A stretch of DNA of 64,000 bases from a virus. The stretch is taken from the IMG/VR virus record IMGVR_UViG_3300031787_000011; one strand, written 5' to 3'. Of this stretch, positions 30,480 to 40,273 are shown piece by piece. The notes beneath the pieces are model-generated. The model made no database searches and was not told the origin of the DNA. It was given only the letters and a program-made list of their open reading frames with translations. Every line of letters starts with the position of its first letter. Positions within the stretch are counted from its first letter, which is position 1. A program made the translations under genes and the position numbers.

Positions 30480-31268
30480 CTAGTAAGATCCTGTATAAAT
30501 AATAGAAGAGATTATGCACTCTATATTATTTTGTTGCATTAGTTTGGTCACAAAAACATCACCAGTTATGGTGCCAAGCCCACTCGCTGCAAAGCTGTAA
30601 TTATCAATAAATTGAGTGAATAAAATTCCATGCTGGCCGCCGGGATTGCTGTAGTTTCCAGAGTAAGGAAGAATATCTATTTTTTTAAGGCCAACTGTAT
30701 TATTAAATACTTTAGAGCCTTCTATCGTTTGATTATTAGAATTTAAATCAACGAAATTACTACCTGTTGTAGCAAAGTTGTTCTCTAAGTCTGTTATTCT
30801 TGCGCCAAGATTGCCGCTAAGATTATTTATTTTTGTATTTAATACTCCGCTAGTGCCTGTTATTAAATTAGTAAGCCCAGAAACTTCTCCGCTTATTACT
30901 CCGCTTACTTCTACTTCAAAACCAGTAATTAAATTTATTGCATACTGAGCATTGCCTGAGACTGTAGATACATTAGCATTTGTTGTATTTAAATTGCCAC
31001 TTAGAGTATCTACTTTTAAATTTAAATAAGATCCAGAAGAAATAATAAGGCCGCTTAGAGCAGCTCCACTTGAATTAATCCCTGAAAGTAAATTTGAGCC
31101 AGTCGTATTTAAGTTACCGCTTAAGGCAATGAAATCGCTATCAGACGAAATATCAGAGATATAACCAGAAGGGTTATTGCTCGGATAGTAATTTTCGTCT
31201 GTTACATTTAGAATATAACCAGACAACTCTGGTTTATCTAACTGCTTAAGCCTAACTAAATTAGCCAT
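30480..31268 (-). CDS. Ser-Gly-rich fibrous virion protein (paralogue of 37538-38416)
   Basis: MANLVRLKQLD...YYPSNNPSGY N-terminus shared with the 37538 gene. Confidence 0.65.
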   Translation of the reverse strand: MANLVRLKQLDKPELSGYILNVTDENYYPSNNPSGYISDISSDSDFIALSGNLNTTGSNLLSGINSSGAALSGLIISSGSYLNLKVDTLSGNLNTTNANVSTVSGNAQYAINLITGFEVEVSGVISGEVSGLTNLITGTSGVLNTKINNLSGNLGARITDLENNFATTGSNFVDLNSNNQTIEGSKVFNNTVGLKKIDILPYSGNYSNPGGQHGILFTQFIDNYSFAASGLGTITGDVFVTKLMQQNNIECIISSIIYTGSY

Positions 31269-31287
31269 TAAGTAAAATTACACCAGA

Positions 31288-31635
31288 TTACCTTCCTTCT
31301 GATAAGATCTTCTGAACGTCTTTAGAAATTTTTTTATTTGTCTTCTTATTATCTGGTGGAGCTTGATAAGTCGCAACGTGCCTCTGGAATTCTCTTTCTA
31401 GTCTGGCGATCAAAATTTCGTGATTGTCTGTTGGCATAATTCCAACTTTTAAAGCGTGATTTTGGATGTCGCTTCTATTTAAATTTCTCAAATATAATTG
31501 GTATTCTTCAAAATTATTCGTGCCATACTTTTGCAATCCAGTATCGCCCCAAATTTGATCTAGAGTCGTAGGTCTTCCGGTTTCTTCCTTGGCGTCAATT
31601 TGTTTGAGGTTTTTTAGGGTAGGTTTCTTAGCCAT
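31288..31635 (-). CDS. Hypothetical protein downstream of the major capsid gene
   Basis: 115-aa ORF with TATAAT upstream. Confidence 0.7.
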   Translation of the reverse strand: MAKKPTLKNLKQIDAKEETGRPTTLDQIWGDTGLQKYGTNNFEEYQLYLRNLNRSDIQNHALKVGIMPTDNHEILIARLEREFQRHVATYQAPPDNKKTNKKISKDVQKILSEGR

Positions 31636-31671
31636 ATATAAATTATAATTAAGAAAAGAAATATATCAAAT

Positions 31672-31703
31672 AAAAAACCCGCCGGGTTTCCCCAGCGGGT
31701 TTT
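31672..31703 (-). terminator. Intrinsic terminator after the major capsid gene
   Basis: AAAACCCGC...GCGGGTTTT inverted repeat plus T-tract. Confidence 0.85.
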
Positions 31704-31719
31704 GTTAGAATTTGACTAA

Positions 31720-32847
31720 TTAGACAATGATACCAGAGAGAGCGCGGGCATCAATGCAGATGCGGCCTTCCTCTAGGGATCCGTAGAATCCAGCTTTATC
31801 GCTTCTTTGTAGGAATTGATCGTCTGGTTGTACGTTGAATTGGCTGCCAGTCTCAGAGGTTGTGGCGACAGCGCGGATTAGAGCGCCCTTGGTGTTGTCA
31901 ACACCAACTAGGATTTGATGAGTGTTAGGATCAAATGTGGCTCCAGTTGGGATGGTTGTGATGTAGTTATCGAAAAGAATATTGTACTTCTTGCCGAGAC
32001 CGAGTTCAATCAACTCAACGATATTTACACCATAGATCTCTTGCATACCAGCATTGCGGTAGATCTCTTCTCTCATTCCGTCAGGAAGAGCGATACCTAC
32101 GTTAGTGTCGCTAGTGCCAGTGGCACCCTTGGTGGTGTTAAGAGGATTGTAAGCGAAGGCGCGAATCTTTTCCTTGATCTCAGGAGAGACGTAAAGATCA
32201 GTCAAGCCAGTGCTATATGGATCAGCAGGAGTACCACCAGCCCAGGACTCATTGATTCTCTTGACGCGGGTCATGAGCTTGTTGAGATCGTCGAGCTTGA
32301 ATTGGGTAAGAGTACCAGCCTCAGTATAGTGCTTGAGAGCAGATCCGCCAGCAGGAGTGGTTGAAGCCTCTCCAAGGGCCTTGAGCATAACTGCCCAAGC
32401 ATTGCGCTCTTGCTTAATTAGAACTTCTTGAGACATACGCTCAACCAACTTAGCGATGATGTCCAAGCGAGCTTGGCGAGCATATCTCTTATTGATTGAA
32501 ACGGCGCTATCAAGACGATAGGTAGCGATCTTTAGCTCTTGAATAGCAGAAACATCTTGAGCAGAAGGCAAGCCACCAGCAAGAGTTTGAGACCAAACGC
32601 TAACATAGCCGTTGTTTAACTCTTGGTAATAGAGATCAAGAGGATAGCTGGGGGAATCATTCTCGTCGAATGGAGCATCAGTATAAATCTGAGAGGCTGT
32701 TCCAGCTTGCAAAATGACTCTTTGAATAACAGGTCCGAGGAAAGCGGCAAAAGCTTCAGAAGCTTCAGCAGCAACCAATCTGTTCTTAGAGCCAAGAGCT
32801 TTAATTAGCTCAACTTGCTCAGGTGTATTTTTAAGTTTAATTCTCAT
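31720..32847 (-). CDS. Major capsid protein
   Basis: 375 aa; follows the protease/scaffold and decoration genes; AAAGGA RBS, highly expressed codon style, own terminator. Confidence 0.75.
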   Translation of the reverse strand: MRIKLKNTPEQVELIKALGSKNRLVAAEASEAFAAFLGPVIQRVILQAGTASQIYTDAPFDENDSPSYPLDLYYQELNNGYVSVWSQTLAGGLPSAQDVSAIQELKIATYRLDSAVSINKRYARQARLDIIAKLVERMSQEVLIKQERNAWAVMLKALGEASTTPAGGSALKHYTEAGTLTQFKLDDLNKLMTRVKRINESWAGGTPADPYSTGLTDLYVSPEIKEKIRAFAYNPLNTTKGATGTSDTNVGIALPDGMREEIYRNAGMQEIYGVNIVELIELGLGKKYNILFDNYITTIPTGATFDPNTHQILVGVDNTKGALIRAVATTSETGSQFNVQPDDQFLQRSDKAGFYGSLEEGRICIDARALSGIIV

Positions 32848-32860
32848 GTTAATCCTTTAA

Positions 32861-33445
32861 TTATAGGGCCAATTTAACGAGGGTTTCGCCGTTAGTATCA
32901 GCAGCTCCGAGGAACTTACCAATGGCAACGTTAGCAATACCAGCAGATCCGGTAGAAGCAGTGATTTGTCCTGTTCCACCAGCGTAAGCGGTTCCACCAG
33001 CAGAAGGAGTTCCAAGAACGCCTTGTACCAAGAAAATACCACGGGTAACTACTGGAACAGCTTGTCCAGGAATTACAGCTTGCATTTCGGCAGCTTTACG
33101 GGGCTTGTACTTGAGGAGCTCGCCGTTTTCGTCAGCGTCTCTTACGTCGTAAAGCATCATGCCAATTGGGGTCTCGCCAGTTGTGCTGACAACAACTTTA
33201 GCGGTGACTCCATAACGTTGAGAAACAACGTTACCTGGGGCGAGCGTACCAGCGCTGCCGATGAACTCTAGTCCACCGCCAAGCTCGACGCCTGAATCAT
33301 AGTTTTTCCAACCGGTAGCAATCTTTACCAAGGATCCCTTGGTAATATTGATCGAACCAGCGGACAAACCAGTTGTATCGTATGAGAACAGATTCAATAC
33401 ATCGTGTTCATCATAATCTCTAAAAGGTCTTAATTTATAAGCCAT
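32861..33445 (-). CDS. Head decoration/cement protein
   Basis: Gly-rich 194-aa ORF just upstream of the capsid gene; PIGMML...VPVVTRG...IGKFL pattern. Confidence 0.65.
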   Translation of the reverse strand: MAYKLRPFRDYDEHDVLNLFSYDTTGLSAGSINITKGSLVKIATGWKNYDSGVELGGGLEFIGSAGTLAPGNVVSQRYGVTAKVVVSTTGETPIGMMLYDVRDADENGELLKYKPRKAAEMQAVIPGQAVPVVTRGIFLVQGVLGTPSAGGTAYAGGTGQITASTGSAGIANVAIGKFLGAADTNGETLVKLAL

Positions 33446-33474
33446 ATTTTATCCTTATGTTGTATTATGTTTTT

Positions 33475-34908
33475 TTATCCGACTACGAATTCGTCGTAGT
33501 CAAAAGCTTTTTTGTATTTGTTAAAGAGTGAATCTTCAGAGGCTGTAGAAGTAGCAGGAATAACTGCTGTTTTCTTTTCGCCATTAGCGGCAGCTTGGTC
33601 GATTACTTCTGTAACGGAAGCATTCGCAGACTCTTTCTTCTCTTCTGTCATTTCTTTCTTTTCGCCCTTTTTCTTGTTTTTCATGAAGACGGCCATCTTA
33701 TTCTTGTAAGCGGCAAAAGCGTCATCATCCAAACCGGCGATATCAGAAGCTAGAACTTGTCTTGTATCAGCATCTAAATCATATTCAGCATCAAAGGCAT
33801 TCATTCTCTCATTGAACTTTTCATTAGCCAAAATAGCTTGCTTCTCAGCTTCGACAGCTTCGAGAGAAGCTTTTAGAGCAGCAATTTCCTTTTGGAGAGC
33901 CTCTTGTCCGGCAGCTAAAGTATCATACTTTTCTGTGGCGGCCTTGAGCGATTGTTCGACAGAAGCTTTTTCAGCAGCAAATTTTTCTGATGCTACCTTT
34001 AGCTCTTGTTCAATAAGATCTGAAATTTGAGAAGCCGTAGCTTGCTTCAAACTTTCATCTGTGATATCTTTGATGCTAGTAATTTTCATAACTTTATTAT
34101 CGATATCTGTATTTACATTTAAATTATCGATTTTGGAAATATTTTCTTCAATAATTTCTGCTGAAGCTTCTGATTTTAGTGTAGCTATACCTTTAACATC
34201 GGCGGCTGGGGTTTCTGTCAGACCAATACCAAGTGGTACAACATTTCCAATAACTTTTCTATAAACAGATTTTGTTTTGTCTACTTTACCAGAACCACCA
34301 AAGGCTTTGAGATTATTTTTAATAGACTCTATTTGGCTTGCGTCTGAAATAAGCGCGCCATCTTCAATATTCTTTGATTCACCATCAATCATTACTACAT
34401 TATAATCATTAAATCCAAGCTCCCAGCTTGCGCTTACTGATTGATATTTATCGCTAGTAGCATCGCTAGATTCTTCGATCTTGTCAGCTAAATGAGGATT
34501 AGCAATTTTCCAAATTACACCACCGAGAGTGATATTAAATGGTCCTTTCAAGTCTTTGACTTGCTCCTCTGAAAGAGAGATATCTGACCCAAATTCACTA
34601 AACCCGGCAGTTAAAATCACACCAACAATTTTTTCTCTATTGTGTTCAATATTTATTGGTTTATTAATAAAATCTTTGTAAGAAGCAATGGCTGTATCAG
34701 TGTCAATCACATCGCCATTCTTATTTACTCTATTTACTACAGCAGCATTAAAAGCGACAGGCAATAAATCAACATTTTTTTCAGTGTTGACATTAGGAAT
34801 AAAATTCCCAACTTGCATTAAAGACGCTAATGCTAAATATTTGTCCTTCTCTTCTGAAACCAATGGCTTTAGAACAGAACTAAATGTTGTAGTATAATTG
34901 TAAGTCAT
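33475..34908 (-). CDS. Prohead protease fused to a coiled-coil scaffold
   Basis: NKNGD, KPINIEH, SASWELGF and GIGLTETPA in the N-half; Ala/Glu/Lys coiled coil in the C-half. Confidence 0.7.
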   Translation of the reverse strand: MTYNYTTTFSSVLKPLVSEEKDKYLALASLMQVGNFIPNVNTEKNVDLLPVAFNAAVVNRVNKNGDVIDTDTAIASYKDFINKPINIEHNREKIVGVILTAGFSEFGSDISLSEEQVKDLKGPFNITLGGVIWKIANPHLADKIEESSDATSDKYQSVSASWELGFNDYNVVMIDGESKNIEDGALISDASQIESIKNNLKAFGGSGKVDKTKSVYRKVIGNVVPLGIGLTETPAADVKGIATLKSEASAEIIEENISKIDNLNVNTDIDNKVMKITSIKDITDESLKQATASQISDLIEQELKVASEKFAAEKASVEQSLKAATEKYDTLAAGQEALQKEIAALKASLEAVEAEKQAILANEKFNERMNAFDAEYDLDADTRQVLASDIAGLDDDAFAAYKNKMAVFMKNKKKGEKKEMTEEKKESANASVTEVIDQAAANGEKKTAVIPATSTASEDSLFNKYKKAFDYDEFVVG

Positions 34909-34910
34909 AA

Positions 34911-35609
34911 TTAAATTTCGTACCATTTTTCAGAACTAGAATACTCATCTAAATAAAGCTCATCTGCGTTTTCGAAATCAAAATCTCCAATTGATTCCAT
35001 GTCTAAAAGAGCTTGAGCTACATCTTGCTCTTCTGGCTCCCAAGAATCTGATATATCTATAAAGTCTGCGGATCCTTTAGCAACATCTTGATCAGCTTTT
35101 CTGTAAGCATCCTTTACTTTGCCGCCAGACATCATTCTCAAAAACATATTTACTCTTGCCATAGCCCACTGCCCTCTGGTTTTGCCGGGTCTGTGGGAAG
35201 AGCTAAAAGCTCCAGCGCCTCTTCTGTAAACTTTCTTTAACTGAGCTAGAGTAACTTTTCTAGAATGCTTTGCATTATGCTCTTTAACTTTATTTTTTAG
35301 AGCTTCAATTACTTTATTAGAAAAAGAAATAGCATCAGAACCTTTTTCTCCAGCAGAGCCGGGTTTGTTTTTAGAAGAACCTTGTTTTCTTTCTGATGGT
35401 TTAGCTGGTGTTTGAGCGGAGCTTTTAGGTCCGGGTCTTTTCGCTTCTATTTCTACGTCTAATTGGCCTGCCTTACTCCTAATAACCTCTCCTTCGGCAA
35501 TTGAATCGTCTTTATCAATTAGGCCGATGTCTTTTTTTGTGAAATCAACGAAAAAACCTGCCGATTCAGGCTTTTTGTTCAGATTTCCATTTTCTATTTC
35601 TAGATTCAT
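34911..35609 (-). CDS. DUF5824-like protein
   Basis: LKKVYRRGAGAFSSSHRPGKTRGQWAMARVNMFL motif. Confidence 0.65.
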   Translation of the reverse strand: MNLEIENGNLNKKPESAGFFVDFTKKDIGLIDKDDSIAEGEVIRSKAGQLDVEIEAKRPGPKSSAQTPAKPSERKQGSSKNKPGSAGEKGSDAISFSNKVIEALKNKVKEHNAKHSRKVTLAQLKKVYRRGAGAFSSSHRPGKTRGQWAMARVNMFLRMMSGGKVKDAYRKADQDVAKGSADFIDISDSWEPEEQDVAQALLDMESIGDFDFENADELYLDEYSSSEKWYEI

Positions 35610-35628
35610 TTTAAAGTAACGTTAAATA

Positions 35629-37536
35629 TTACACTTTTTCCTCAGATATTTGACTAATATTTAATATAGCCGCAGAAAAAACATCAACTCCATGCTCCTC
35701 TGATATTTCTAGAAGTTTAGAAATTTTCTCTGGGTTATCTTGCTTCTCGCCTTCGCAATATGCTTTTATAGAATAATCCCAGTTGGTTTTTTCTTCATTA
35801 ATTATAATATTTTGAGCTATTTGTTCTGCTATAGATTTTTGCTCAAGATTCAAATTTTTCTTTTTGTGCTTTTTCTTTAAAAAGTCTTCTACTTTAGCCG
35901 ATAACATTTCATACTCTTTAAAAGTTTGCGAAATACCTTTCATGGAATAAGAAGCAATAGCTGGAGCTTTTTTATTGCCACCAGTCGGCGAAACTTTCTT
36001 GGAAGTTTGGGGTGATCCAGTCCCTGGAGGCCTGCCCGTTGATAAGCCTCCTGCTGCACCAGCACCAGTAGCTACTGGAGCGTATAAACCTTCGTCTTTC
36101 AAAGTCTTAAATTTTCTTTGAGACTCTATTGATTCTTCTGGATCTGGAAGTCTACCGGTCTCGATAGCCTGCAAGCCTTCTTCTGGAGTCAAAACTCCAA
36201 GTTGGACCAATTGAGCGCTTACTCTATTCCATACTGAAGAGTCTCTTATGTCAATCTCTTCAAAATGAGGCGTAGGGAAATTTTTAAACCCTAAATTTTT
36301 GCAAAGTCTCTTTACCTCTGGAATTAAAAAGTCATTAAGGAAAGCTTGTCTTCCTTGTTCTAATCTTTGCATAAAAATATTAACCTTTATGCTTGTACTA
36401 GAAAACTTTTCATCGCCAATAAGAATATTATTTAAACCTTGTTGGATATCTGTATTTACTACCTCGTATTTTTTGGGATCCAAAATACTAGCGATATCAG
36501 GAATAATAAATTGAGCTTTTGTAGTAAAGTCAGAAACAAGAACTTTTCCTACAGATTGATTTTGGAAAAGAGTTTGCATGGCTTCAATATTTTTTTGATT
36601 AATATTTAAAGCGCCGCTCTTCAACTCTGATCCCATGGTAATTAAAAGAACAGCTTGTTGAGTTGTTCTTGTCAAGGCCATGTCCATTTTTTTCATTTCT
36701 TGCTTCCAGTTAATGTCTTCCAAAACTGGAAAGCCCATAGGAACAGAGAATGGTTCGTAATCTTGCTTTTTATAGAATACAGCAGACACTTGCTCTGTAT
36801 CCAAAGGAATTGTAATATAAGCTCCTGCACCAGAAAGTACTTTTTTTTGTAAATTTAATCTATTTTTTTCATTTAAACTCTTTAAGACTTCTCTGTCTTC
36901 ATCTGTCGTTGGATTGCGAAGTCTTTGAAGCTCATAATCTGTCAAAATTTTATAGTAATTGCCTCCAACAAATGATATATTCCCGCCATATTGAATGTCC
37001 GCTGGATTTAAAATCATGTACTTAGATGGTAGCTCTAACTTTTGAGCGGCCAAGCTTTCTGATCCAAATACCTGAGTGATTTTAGAGATATCATTTTGCG
37101 CTACCTTATAATCAAATCTATAAATAAAAACGTTGCCAGAACGATAATATTCTCTAAAGAATTTATCAACAAAGTTATCCATGTTGATCTTTTTAAATAA
37201 AGCATTTAGAAAATCTCTTGCCTTTTTATTGCCTCCAGTAAAATAAATTTTGCTGCAAGAAAACTCTGTCATCAAATCAATAACATTTCTGAACGACGAA
37301 AAGTTATAATAAGCCTTTTGGCACAAGATCACGGCGTCTCTTATGTTCAAGCTGCTTTTATTCTGTAAATTATGAGAATATTTAAATGGCACTAGACCAT
37401 AATCAATATTGTAGAATCTATCTGTTCTTTCGATATCTCCAGCCAAATTTCTACGAGCCTGCACTGGGGAGTTTTCTGTGCTCGCCGCATAAGCAGTCAT
37501 CATTGGTTTGATCTCTTGAATTTTTGGTTTTCTCAT
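35629..37536 (-). CDS. Portal protein
   Basis: 635 aa between terminase and protease; FFREYYRSGNVFIY motif; Gly/Pro-rich tail (GRPPG). Confidence 0.8.
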   Translation of the reverse strand: MRKPKIQEIKPMMTAYAASTENSPVQARRNLAGDIERTDRFYNIDYGLVPFKYSHNLQNKSSLNIRDAVILCQKAYYNFSSFRNVIDLMTEFSCSKIYFTGGNKKARDFLNALFKKINMDNFVDKFFREYYRSGNVFIYRFDYKVAQNDISKITQVFGSESLAAQKLELPSKYMILNPADIQYGGNISFVGGNYYKILTDYELQRLRNPTTDEDREVLKSLNEKNRLNLQKKVLSGAGAYITIPLDTEQVSAVFYKKQDYEPFSVPMGFPVLEDINWKQEMKKMDMALTRTTQQAVLLITMGSELKSGALNINQKNIEAMQTLFQNQSVGKVLVSDFTTKAQFIIPDIASILDPKKYEVVNTDIQQGLNNILIGDEKFSSTSIKVNIFMQRLEQGRQAFLNDFLIPEVKRLCKNLGFKNFPTPHFEEIDIRDSSVWNRVSAQLVQLGVLTPEEGLQAIETGRLPDPEESIESQRKFKTLKDEGLYAPVATGAGAAGGLSTGRPPGTGSPQTSKKVSPTGGNKKAPAIASYSMKGISQTFKEYEMLSAKVEDFLKKKHKKKNLNLEQKSIAEQIAQNIIINEEKTNWDYSIKAYCEGEKQDNPEKISKLLEISEEHGVDVFSAAILNISQISEEKV

Positions 37537-37537
37537 G

Positions 37538-38416
37538 TTATAAAATCATTAAGTAGTTGCCGCTCCTAAAAAGGGATCCAACAGGAAGCCCGCCAGTCTG
37601 AGTTTGATTTGGTAAATTTTGCATCAGAACGTATCCAGATAATCCACTAAGAGTTATAGAAGTTCTATTCGAATGCCCCAAGATTAAAGTATAATCATCA
37701 AATAATTCAATCATTGGTAAACCAGCAGAATCTGTAACAGCCCACAAAGAGGCATTAGCTCCAGTTTCATAATAACTAACAAATGTCCCAGCATTTCCTG
37801 CTATAGAAACAACTCCAGAAGAAGCAATCACAGAAATAGAAGTCGGAGTTGAAGTTCCGCTTATATTTATTCTTTGCGCGGTTATGGGAGAATTAAATGT
37901 TTTGTTACCAGTGAAACCAAAAGCGCCACTTGCCATGCCGCTAACTGTCGTAGCATTTGATTGAGCTATTATTTGATTATATAATAAACCAGAAGTTGTA
38001 TCTGTGTAAGATTTTAAATATCCACTCGCCGTGTCCACCTTCGCGCTGACAACTCCGCTTGAGCCAGTAACGGAAGCATATAAATTACCGCTTACTGAAA
38101 CCGTATATCCACTTAAAGAAGTTATTTGACCGCTTAAATAACTTCCGGAGTTAGATAATCTGGTAGATAAAACGCCACTGACTGCATCTGTATAAGCATT
38201 CGCAGCAATTCCAGAGTTTAATATTTTAGTATTTAATACTCCAGAAACAGAATTGATAGAAGAATTTAGAGTCCCTGTAGCAGAAGTTAGAACTGTTTGG
38301 TCAACGTATCCAGACGGATTAGTAGACAATGGATAATAATTCTCATCGGCTACTTCTATAATAAAGCCAGAGAATTCCACCTGATCTACCTGCTTTTTCC
38401 TAATCAAATTGGCCAT
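37538..38416 (-). CDS. Ser-Gly-rich fibrous virion protein inserted between terminase and portal
   Basis: Paralogue of the 30480 gene; its SAGLPMIELFDD resembles the tail-fibre module NSAGLPVMEVFADD. Confidence 0.65.
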   Translation of the reverse strand: MANLIRKKQVDQVEFSGFIIEVADENYYPLSTNPSGYVDQTVLTSATGTLNSSINSVSGVLNTKILNSGIAANAYTDAVSGVLSTRLSNSGSYLSGQITSLSGYTVSVSGNLYASVTGSSGVVSAKVDTASGYLKSYTDTTSGLLYNQIIAQSNATTVSGMASGAFGFTGNKTFNSPITAQRINISGTSTPTSISVIASSGVVSIAGNAGTFVSYYETGANASLWAVTDSAGLPMIELFDDYTLILGHSNRTSITLSGLSGYVLMQNLPNQTQTGGLPVGSLFRSGNYLMIL

Positions 38417-38433
38417 GCTAATATAAAGTTACA

Positions 38434-40272
38434 CTAAAACATTACTGGAGTAAACGTAAATGTATTATTTTCTACAGTCTGCTTCATAATATCGTTATAA
38501 CATTTGACGCCCCAATTAGCCAACATAAATGCTGAATAGTTATCTTTTCTGGCTCTTGTAGCAGAAGATCCGCGTTTTAAGTGTTGAGGCAAATCAAAAT
38601 TTTGCATACCTCTAGAAGTAGTAGTATATTCTACCAATGCGCATTGCTTTTTCGTTTGATAAATAAAGTCATCTTGATTTTCAATGAAGTCTAGGTTTGT
38701 CCAATCTGATTTATCGCCAATAAATATTAAATCTTTTGGCAAAGTAGTCCCAATCACGTTGTCAAAGAATTTATCATTAGAACAAACTCTAGAAGCAAAT
38801 AATACTTTTTTATAATCAATACATGCTTGCAAATATTCGTTGCCTTTTCTAATAAAGCTAGAAGTAAATACTTGATTAAATGCTATTCTGCCATCCGATA
38901 AGTTATAACTCATCTTGGCTTTTCTTAATTCGGCTTCTAATTCAGTTCCTTCTGCGTCTGAATTGAATTCTACAGTTTTTATATTTATTTTAGCTGCTTT
39001 GAATATTTCTGATTGATTGCAAGTATCTATAAAAATATCTGCGCCAGCATTATCTAACGTTATACTCACTACGTCAAAGTGAGTCATAATATAACAAAAA
39101 TATTTAACGTGATTATTTAAATTTCCTAATCCAGCATAAGTATGGACCAATATTCCAATGCCGGTTTCTTCGTCCAGCTCCATTACAGCTATGGCAAAAT
39201 AGTCAGCGTTTGGCGAATCGCTCATGTTGGGGTCTATACCGACTATATATTTTTTACCAGGAGTTCCTTTTGCCAAAGTGTGAGGATACTCATCTTTCAA
39301 AGTACACTCTTCCATTTTCTTTGCGCTAAAATAGCTATCAGATCCATCAGTAAATTGCGCACAATATTCTCTAAGGAACGCTGAATGAGAAGTGCCACCA
39401 CTTTGAGCTTCTTCGATAATAGTTTTATCTATCATTTCTGGCGGGAGAGCTTCATACCCTAATTGAGAAACAAAATAAGTAGAATCTTCTTTTTCTGGGG
39501 ATGTGATTTTATTTATCCACTCTTGATACGTCTTATATAAATTTTCAAATGTGTAGCTTGCAGAAGAAAGAGCTATCATTTTAGAATTATTAGTGAAAAC
39601 CATTCGGTCTTCTTCTTTCATTTTGCCTTCCTTGATTAGCAAGTCTTCCATTTCGCGCACATCAATACGTCTTTTCATGTCTTGAGGCGCGACAAGGAAT
39701 GGCATCAATACATTTTTGATAATCTCTTCTGGCAGTAGAAGGAACTCGTCAAGCACAAGAATATTGGCGCGAAAACCGCGAATCTTTTCGCCGCTTAGAG
39801 GAATAGCTCTAATAGATCCACCATTAATATCCCATTCATAAAGATCGTTTCTTTTGCTCTTAGCCCCAAAGGCTTGGAATAATAATTCTGCGCCTTTATT
39901 CTCAGCCATTTTTTCAATATTATTAAATATAGCTCTAGCTGTTCTGAATGTTGGCCCAGCAATAAGAATTTTAGTGTTAGGCTCAAATACACATTGCAAT
40001 ACACAATAGACACTGGCGATAAATGATTTCGCGCAACCACGGCCCCATACGCACATAGAGAAGTTTCTATTGAACATCCCTTTCAAAGTAATCTCTTGGT
40101 AGGCCGAGAGCTTTATTCCTGTTAATAAATATGTAGTGAAGTAAAGATTCTGGCGCAAAAACTTGCACAAAGTGATCTTAGCTTCTTTATCTTCTAGCTC
40201 TCCTTGTAGTTGCCGGAAGATTTCATTATAATTCTCTGTTTCTTTTTTATATTTAGGTGTTTCGTGCCACAT
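38434..40272 (-). CDS. terL: Terminase large subunit
   Basis: YQ adenine motif, Walker A (WGRGCAKS), IRGFRANILVLDE Walker B, coupling SSA, REYCAQF, nuclease VGIDP...D...KDNYSA. Confidence 0.93.
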   Translation of the reverse strand: MWHETPKYKKETENYNEIFRQLQGELEDKEAKITLCKFLRQNLYFTTYLLTGIKLSAYQEITLKGMFNRNFSMCVWGRGCAKSFIASVYCVLQCVFEPNTKILIAGPTFRTARAIFNNIEKMAENKGAELLFQAFGAKSKRNDLYEWDINGGSIRAIPLSGEKIRGFRANILVLDEFLLLPEEIIKNVLMPFLVAPQDMKRRIDVREMEDLLIKEGKMKEEDRMVFTNNSKMIALSSASYTFENLYKTYQEWINKITSPEKEDSTYFVSQLGYEALPPEMIDKTIIEEAQSGGTSHSAFLREYCAQFTDGSDSYFSAKKMEECTLKDEYPHTLAKGTPGKKYIVGIDPNMSDSPNADYFAIAVMELDEETGIGILVHTYAGLGNLNNHVKYFCYIMTHFDVVSITLDNAGADIFIDTCNQSEIFKAAKINIKTVEFNSDAEGTELEAELRKAKMSYNLSDGRIAFNQVFTSSFIRKGNEYLQACIDYKKVLFASRVCSNDKFFDNVIGTTLPKDLIFIGDKSDWTNLDFIENQDDFIYQTKKQCALVEYTTTSRGMQNFDLPQHLKRGSSATRARKDNYSAFMLANWGVKCYNDIMKQTVENNTFTFTPVMF

Positions 40273-40273
40273 A

